32,774 nucleotides of DNA from Nitrososphaeraceae archaeon (lineage in GTDB: Archaea > Thermoproteota > Nitrososphaeria > Nitrososphaerales > Nitrososphaeraceae). Positions 27,593 through 32,774 of the stretch are shown in pieces. Each line of letters starts with the position of its first letter. Position 1 is the stretch's first letter. The stretch lies in NCBI GenBank assembly GCA_025936955.1, contig JAICSL010000001.1:1-32774 (forward strand). The letters are read 5' to 3'. The notes below the pieces were generated by a model. The model was not told the origin of the DNA. It saw nothing but the letters and a program-made list of their open reading frames with translations, and searched no databases. The translations under genes were made by a program, and so were the position numbers.

Positions 27593-28114
27593 AGATCTAA
27601 TTATAGAAAGATAATGCAGGAGAAGAACTGTGTGCAAGCATTCTTCAACATGGCTATCTCATTCAAAGAAGAATTTTATATCTGGCGCCAGTAAATGTCC
27701 CAGGTAAATTACTGAAAGTAATTTGCATTGTGAAATCTCAAATGAGATATAAGATATCATATTATAATCCGATAAATATCTTTGTCCTCAGCGTATGAAT
27801 GGAATATCAGCTAAGGATCTTGATGGCCTCCACCATGATAAGTTTGCTACTTTTTAGTCAAGGGGGTATATTTACAAAAGTCATCTTGGCTGGAAACAAT
27901 TTTTTTAATGATGTTTTTTCGAAAATAGCTCAAAGTATTTATTTTACATTTAAGACCCAAGTTATCATCGATAAAGAGGCTATTCTAACGTGAGCCGACT
28001 ATCCTCATCTTGAACAATATCTGCATGTCATGAATAAAACAAAAGTATCGAAAACAAACGCAAATGGAACTGTCCTTATAAATGATAGGTTTAAAGCCTG
28101 CTATTCTAAATTAT

Positions 28115-28318
28115 CTATCTCATACTAGTCCCATATATGGCACCTAGACTATCAACCAACTTACCAGATTTTAAGTCATATTTCTCGATTGTTAAATGTT
28201 CGGTCTTTTTTCGATGTTCGTCTACATCAGAATGAAAAACAAATCTAGACCTACACTTATTACATACCCACATCATCTTTAAATCATCATGGTGCATGTT
28301 AATCCTTAGTATGTTCAT
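28115..28318 (-). CDS. Small C2H2-type zinc-finger protein
   Basis: 67 aa, with several possible ATG starts. WVCNKCRSRFVFHSDVDEHRKKTEH fits C-x2-C-x12-H-x5-H with the conserved aromatic/hydrophobic spacing of classical C2H2 fingers. Confidence 0.55.
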   Translation of the reverse strand: MNILRINMHHDDLKMMWVCNKCRSRFVFHSDVDEHRKKTEHLTIEKYDLKSGKLVDSLGAIYGTSMR

Positions 28319-28423
28319 TTAATATAAGGGGTCGGTAAGCTTATTTTATTTATTTTAGTAGAATTCTGTTTCTATAAATTCAAATATAGAGTTATTCCTA
28401 ACATTCTATACATTTTTATTCTA

Positions 28424-28445
28424 TTTAAAAAAAATATATAAAAAG
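28424..28445 (+). promoter_or_regulatory. Putative TATA-box region for the HIT gene
   Basis: tttaaaaaaaatatataaaaag ends about 22 nt upstream of ATG 28467. The ATATATAA core is centred about 30 nt upstream, consistent with a near-leaderless archaeal transcript. This is weak evidence in AT-rich DNA. Confidence 0.3.
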
Positions 28446-28466
28446 AAGTAATCATCACCCGTAGGA

Positions 28467-28916
28467 ATGAAAAACGAAACTTGTGTATTTTGTGCAATTA
28501 TTGAAAGAAATATGTCGGCAGCCGTTATCTATGAAGATTCTAATTTTTTAGTACTTCTGGACAAATATCCCATAAATTTGGGACATACCCTTGTTATACC
28601 TAAATTACACTATGATAACTTGTTGGGAATGCCTAGTCGCGAGGTTGGGTCCTTGTATTCGCTCGTTCCGAAGATAGCAAAAGCAGTGACTGAGGCAGTA
28701 CATGCAGATGGATTCAACGTAGGACAAAACAATGGAAAAGCCGCAAACCAAATTGTACCACACGTTCATGTACATATAATCCCACGATTCAATTGTGACA
28801 GTCCCAACGGCAAATGGCCAGGTCGACAACTGATTTCATTTGAGGAGCTTTTAATTGTAGCAGAAAAAATCAAACCCTTTCTAGACTTTTCTTCACTTGG
28901 AGATTTATATCCATAG
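28467..28916 (+). CDS. HIT (histidine triad) family nucleotide hydrolase/transferase
   Basis: 149 aa. It has an N-terminal CVFCAI, HTLVIPKLHY, and the histidine triad VPHVHVHIIPR. Confidence 0.85.
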   Translation: MKNETCVFCAIIERNMSAAVIYEDSNFLVLLDKYPINLGHTLVIPKLHYDNLLGMPSREVGSLYSLVPKIAKAVTEAVHADGFNVGQNNGKAANQIVPHVHVHIIPRFNCDSPNGKWPGRQLISFEELLIVAEKIKPFLDFSSLGDLYP

Positions 28917-28992
28917 TTCTAGAAAAGGCCAAATCATAATATTATGTAAAATTAACATCATACTTTTAATATATCTTCTAACTGATTAAATT

Positions 28993-29550
28993 ATGGTAAA
29001 GACTCCCTCTAGCAGAATTCTAAAAACAGGGCAACTCTCCCCCCAATTTACACTGATTGGGGTAGACGGGAAGACACATTCAATGAGGGATTCTCAAAGC
29101 ACAACCCTATTAATAGTCTTCATATGCAATCATTGTCCTTATGTTAAAGCAAGAATTGGAGATCTTATAGACCTGCAATCGCATTTTGATCCTTTAGAAC
29201 TTCAGGTCCTAGCAATTAATAGCAATGATCCTAACTACAACGGAGAAGGTTTTGATAATATGAAGAGATTTGCAGTCGAAAATAATTTTAATTTTCCTTA
29301 TTTATTTGATAAAACACAAGAAATTGCAAGATCATTTGGTGCCGTTTGTACTCCTGATCCTTTCCTTTTCGATAAGGACAGAAGATTAGTATATCATGGA
29401 AAAATTAATGATGCACTGGAACCTGGGATGACACCTACAGAGAGGACTATTGAAGAGAATATAAAAAAAGTTCTAAGAGGAGAGAAGATACAAAAGGATT
29501 TTGATCCTTCGGTAGGCTGTTCTATAAAATGGATTGAAAACAATAATTAA
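28993..29550 (+). CDS. Thioredoxin-fold redoxin (AhpC/TSA-TlpA-like thiol-disulfide oxidoreductase family)
   Basis: 185 aa. FTLIGVDGKTHSMRD...LLIVFICNHCPYVKA (CxxC-type CNHCP) ...VLAINSND...FNFPYLFDKTQEIARSFGAVCTPDPFLFD is the typical redoxin layout. Confidence 0.8.
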   Translation: MVKTPSSRILKTGQLSPQFTLIGVDGKTHSMRDSQSTTLLIVFICNHCPYVKARIGDLIDLQSHFDPLELQVLAINSNDPNYNGEGFDNMKRFAVENNFNFPYLFDKTQEIARSFGAVCTPDPFLFDKDRRLVYHGKINDALEPGMTPTERTIEENIKKVLRGEKIQKDFDPSVGCSIKWIENNN

Positions 29551-29552
29551 CT

Positions 29553-31430
29553 TCATCCATATTGGAAGTTGATCCCTTTGTCTCCTCTCGGGTGCCTCCA
29601 CTCAGTTTGTTTAGCGCAACTCCCACACTCAATACAACCTTCATGCTGAAGTGTCACTTCTTCTTTTTCTATGCTATAACACTTCGTTGGACACAATGTG
29701 ACCATTTTTTTCATAAATTCGTCTCGCGGATTTAAAACCCGGATATGTGACAATGAATCGTCGTCATATCTCAATTTTGCTATCCGCTCTGCTATGGTAG
29801 GAATTGTGGGAAAGTAACTTGATCCTATCTGCTTACCCAATTTTTCGGCGATTTCTATGGGTACATTCACATAAGTTTCTTCTGATTCTACTAATGGTAA
29901 GAGGCGGTCATATCCTAAAATATTTGCGAGTCCTACTGCAAGGCCTCTAAAAGTATTGCTTGACATCAATTTGAAGATCATGCCGTACCTTGAGCCTACA
30001 ATATCTTTTGGAACATCTTTTGCAGCATCCAAGAATATCTTTAGATAACCTTTATCAATCTCTTTCATATCTCTAGTATAAGGACTAGATTCTATGGAAT
30101 TAGAATAATATTCCCCTGCATATTCATTACTAAAATTATTTCTATCTATTGCCCGCGATAAGGCACTTGCTGCTCTCGCAGCATCATCGATTCCCACATT
30201 CAAGCCTTCAATCCTTGGGCCGATAAATATGCCCCGGCCAGCTGCGTCACCTATAAATAAAATATTTTTATAATAAGGTTTTTTCATTCTGCAACGTTTT
30301 CCATCAGGAACTAATTTTGCACTATATTCAAGCTCGACATAATCTGTCATAAACTTTGTTTTATATTTGCTGCTAAGTTCATACTGAATGGAATCGATTC
30401 TTGCGTTTATCTCCTCATCAGACTTAAACTTTCCACTCTCAAGAAGTTTGGTCCTTCCTGTAGGAGAATAATATGCGTGCCGAATCTCCTGCCAAGTTTT
30501 TATTAGTTTGCTAACAGCAAATCTAGTCCTCAGTTGCTCTTCTTTAGGCAGATTCTTATCAATTTCTTCTTTTACTGCAATTTCGTCTTTTATAAATTCC
30601 CTGACAAGTGGATTTTTTATGAGTTCATTAATAAGCGTATAAGGTTCTACTGGTTTATCTAGTAATGAATCGTAATGATAAACTGCACCGACTGATAAAG
30701 TATCTCGATTCGTATAAACAAACCCACCCCCTATATGGTTTAAAGTGATGTCTCCTGCAAAAAGATGGGCCGCGCCTTCATCAGAACCTATTTCAAATCT
30801 CTTTTCTATTATCTCTTCAGGTAACTTGACGACGACCTTAACCCCTTGGTACAAATCCCCAGGTGAAAACTTTTCTCTAGCTCCGGTCATTTCAGCGATT
30901 TCTGAATTAACACCATCAGCAGCTATTACTGCCTTTACTTCAAATTGGTCTAATTCATTTGTTTGAATAATGGTCTTATCATTGCCTTCGTCCCAAAACA
31001 CAGATTGTACGTGCACTCCTGAAACTATTCCTCCTCCTTGTCGTTCTGCACTTTCTCCTGCTTCCTTTGCAAACCAGGAGTTGAGCTTATTCAAGAGAAC
31101 AGAATAACCGAAGTTAGAATTGTATTCATGGGCAGGAGTGAGATCGATAGAAAATACTTTATCTTTCGATGTTGCATGCAAAATATACTTAGTGATTAAC
31201 CTTTCAACCGGAGCATCAGTAAGAAAGTCCTGTCCATAAATATCTTCAACGTTCGTTACTCCCCCTGCTTTGGGTTTCTTTGAATATAATATGCCGCCCG
31301 AGATGTTCTTTGTGCCTGCAGATCTACCTGCCTCTATTAAAACAGCTTGTTTACCTAAGTTGGATAGTTCCTTTAACGCGGCTAGTCCAGCTGATCCTCC
31401 ACCGATTATAGCAATATCAAAATGTTCCAA
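29553..31430 (-). CDS. fixC: Fused FixC-FixX: FAD-dependent ETF-quinone oxidoreductase-like protein with C-terminal ferredoxin-like domain
   Basis: 625 aa. The TTG start lies 2 nt after the fixB stop. It has an N-terminal FAD dinucleotide motif (FDIAIIGGGSAGLAALKEL) and GDAAGRG. The C-terminal ~90 aa is FixX-like (LCPTKCYSIEKEEVTLQHEGCIECGSCAKQTEWRHPRGDKGINFQYG). Confidence 0.85.
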   Translation of the reverse strand: MEHFDIAIIGGGSAGLAALKELSNLGKQAVLIEAGRSAGTKNISGGILYSKKPKAGGVTNVEDIYGQDFLTDAPVERLITKYILHATSKDKVFSIDLTPAHEYNSNFGYSVLLNKLNSWFAKEAGESAERQGGGIVSGVHVQSVFWDEGNDKTIIQTNELDQFEVKAVIAADGVNSEIAEMTGAREKFSPGDLYQGVKVVVKLPEEIIEKRFEIGSDEGAAHLFAGDITLNHIGGGFVYTNRDTLSVGAVYHYDSLLDKPVEPYTLINELIKNPLVREFIKDEIAVKEEIDKNLPKEEQLRTRFAVSKLIKTWQEIRHAYYSPTGRTKLLESGKFKSDEEINARIDSIQYELSSKYKTKFMTDYVELEYSAKLVPDGKRCRMKKPYYKNILFIGDAAGRGIFIGPRIEGLNVGIDDAARAASALSRAIDRNNFSNEYAGEYYSNSIESSPYTRDMKEIDKGYLKIFLDAAKDVPKDIVGSRYGMIFKLMSSNTFRGLAVGLANILGYDRLLPLVESEETYVNVPIEIAEKLGKQIGSSYFPTIPTIAERIAKLRYDDDSLSHIRVLNPRDEFMKKMVTLCPTKCYSIEKEEVTLQHEGCIECGSCAKQTEWRHPRGDKGINFQYG

Positions 31431-31432
31431 TT

Positions 31433-32641
31433 CTAGGCCTGCACCTTTACGAGCATCTTTTGAGCTTTTATTTCTTCGATCAATAGGGGTATAACGTCTT
31501 CCATTCGTCCCTTAATGAAAATATCACATTCGTTTTTTATAGGGGCGTCTCCATCAGGATTTATTGCAACTACAAATTCTGAGTCCTTCATTCCCGCGAT
31601 ATGTTGAGTAGCTCCACTAATTCCAACAGCAATATAAAGTAAGGGTATGACTTTTCTACCACTAGTCCCTATGACTCTCTCAGGAACCATATATTGCGAA
31701 CTAATATTCTCGCTTATATCCAAATATGGTTTTTTAGAGATTGGTAAAGAGACTCCGATTTCCGCGTCTAACTCTTTTGCCAAATCTTGAATTAATTTAA
31801 TATTAGCTTCAGGATTATCTTTTATTCCTCGACCAAAACTCACCACTGCTTTACGACTATCAAAGTCAACCTTGCTCTTTATGATTTTTCTACTTAGTAT
31901 CTTGACCTGCAAATCCTTCTCGCTAAAACGTGGATTATATTCTACTATTATACCAGTTCTGCTAATATCACGCTGGAGAGGTTGAAAGACGCCAGGAATA
32001 ATGCTACAAGCTTGAGGATGATATTCTCGCTCGTTTGTTGGACTTCGATTATCAAGACATAGAATAGTTGTCCATAGGAAGCCTGAGAAGTCAGGTCTGT
32101 ACATTTCAAGTGTCTTCTCGTATTTTATCGGCACACCTTTTGTCTTATGCTCATGCTTAATTTCAAGATCTTCAATGACGAGTTTGTTTATATCTGATGC
32201 AAGACCCGACTCTAGATCTGCTAAAACTGTTGAAGACAGATGTCTGCCTATACTATCCGCAGCAAAAAACATATATCTTGGCTTTTGACACTTTTCAGCA
32301 TATTCTGGAGAGATTTTGGCAATACAAGTTTTATCACAGGCAATCTGGCTTATTATCTTTGTATCGATTAAGTTTCTATGGTACTTCAGCTCCGGACTCT
32401 CAGCATAGACGATTGCATCTGCCCCATAGTATAACAACTCTTCACACATGCTCCGAACATTCTCTCCTAGCACGACAGCAACCACCTTTTCACTAGATGA
32501 GTATTTTTCGTTAAAGGTATCCATGAGCCTTCTTGCCTCACCAAGCATTTCTAGACTCACGAGGACAGGTTTCCCGTCTTCATGCTCTATTATAACGTAC
32601 AGATTCCTATAACTGCCCTCACTATTTGAAGGTAATGTCAT
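31433..32641 (-). CDS. fixB: Electron transfer flavoprotein alpha subunit (FixB/EtfA)
   Basis: 402 aa. The C-terminal FAD-binding signature is YIAVGISGATQHIAGMKDSEFVVAINPDGDAPIKNECDIFIKG. Its ATG overlaps the upstream stop (ATGA). Confidence 0.85.
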   Translation of the reverse strand: MTLPSNSEGSYRNLYVIIEHEDGKPVLVSLEMLGEARRLMDTFNEKYSSSEKVVAVVLGENVRSMCEELLYYGADAIVYAESPELKYHRNLIDTKIISQIACDKTCIAKISPEYAEKCQKPRYMFFAADSIGRHLSSTVLADLESGLASDINKLVIEDLEIKHEHKTKGVPIKYEKTLEMYRPDFSGFLWTTILCLDNRSPTNEREYHPQACSIIPGVFQPLQRDISRTGIIVEYNPRFSEKDLQVKILSRKIIKSKVDFDSRKAVVSFGRGIKDNPEANIKLIQDLAKELDAEIGVSLPISKKPYLDISENISSQYMVPERVIGTSGRKVIPLLYIAVGISGATQHIAGMKDSEFVVAINPDGDAPIKNECDIFIKGRMEDVIPLLIEEIKAQKMLVKVQA

Positions 32642-32774
32642 TTTATTATTGGCTCCGCTAAGATCTCATTGAATTTAATGGCAGCTTTACGAATCTCCTC
32701 TTTATCATTTCCATCTATAATTTTGGTGTTTCTGCTAGCTTTTGCCTTCGGGATCATTTCGACTTTATATACTA
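32638..32774 (-). CDS. fixA: Electron transfer flavoprotein beta subunit (FixA/EtfB), C-terminal fragment; the N-terminus lies beyond the window
   Basis: It is not in the track because it runs off the edge. The reverse strand reads ...VYKVEMIPKAKASRNTKIIDGNDKEEIRKAAIKFNEILAEPIIK, then TGA at 32640..32638, overlapping the fixB ATG. The identity is inferred mainly from operon position, because the fragment is too short for motif support. Confidence 0.5.
   Translation of the reverse strand, partial: VYKVEMIPKAKASRNTKIIDGNDKEEIRKAAIKFNEILAEPIIK

Noticed and set aside
27799-27993. 64-aa + ORF
   Set aside because: The product is short, low-complexity and hydrophobic, with no motif and no plausible promoter spacing. 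It is likely a chance ORF in AT-rich DNA.
1-32774. Search for CRISPR arrays, long direct or inverted repeats, transposases, integrases, rRNA genes and defence or toxin-antitoxin modules
   Set aside because: Reading both strands, I saw no regularly spaced repeats, no IS- or integrase-like ORFs, no rRNA-like GC-rich conserved blocks, and no recognisable defence gene signatures. Reading by eye cannot exclude short or diverged repeats, so a self-dot-plot and CRISPR/Rfam scans would be decisive.

Overview
By eye this is an AT-rich archaeal chromosomal segment; base composition was not computed. The gene content fits an ammonia-oxidising thaumarchaeon (Nitrososphaeria-like), which is an inference from content only. 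Supporting genes are class V FBP aldolase/phosphatase, tRNA-splicing endonuclease, aCPSF1/FttA, ribosomal protein S8e, ScpAB, a membrane-anchored blue-copper protein, and many forced TTG/GTG starts. I support about 30 protein genes, nearly all housekeeping or core metabolism. They are: fbp (partial), a DUF309 protein, a small wHTH regulator, a secreted protein, a Wzx-like flippase convergent with a GT2 glycosyltransferase, sucCD, a sugar-phosphate nucleotidyltransferase, a 606-aa tandem-SDR protein, endA overlapping a DUF47/PhoU-like gene, homoserine dehydrogenase, a TauE/SafE permease, aCPSF1, an M50 site-2 protease, S8e, scpB-scpA, a cupredoxin, valS, a stand-alone RAM (Lrp/AsnC ligand) domain protein, a HIT hydrolase, a redoxin, and a fixA-fixB-fixCX (ETF plus a fused ETF-quinone-oxidoreductase/ferredoxin) operon running off the 3' edge. 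I found no rRNA, no convincing tRNA, no CRISPR array, no transposase or integrase, and no recognisable defence or toxin-antitoxin module. I do not see convincing evidence of a novel multi-gene system here. The most interesting single item is the 606-aa protein, whose architecture (catalytic SDR, helical insert, pseudo-SDR) and motifs recall one half of Chloroflexus-type malonyl-CoA reductase. That makes it a candidate for the unassigned acyl-CoA reductase step(s) of the thaumarchaeal 3HP/4HB cycle. Secondary curiosities are the fused FixCX, two tiny C2H2-type zinc-finger ORFs, a palindrome creating two overlapping divergent start codons, and several unusually long non-coding gaps.
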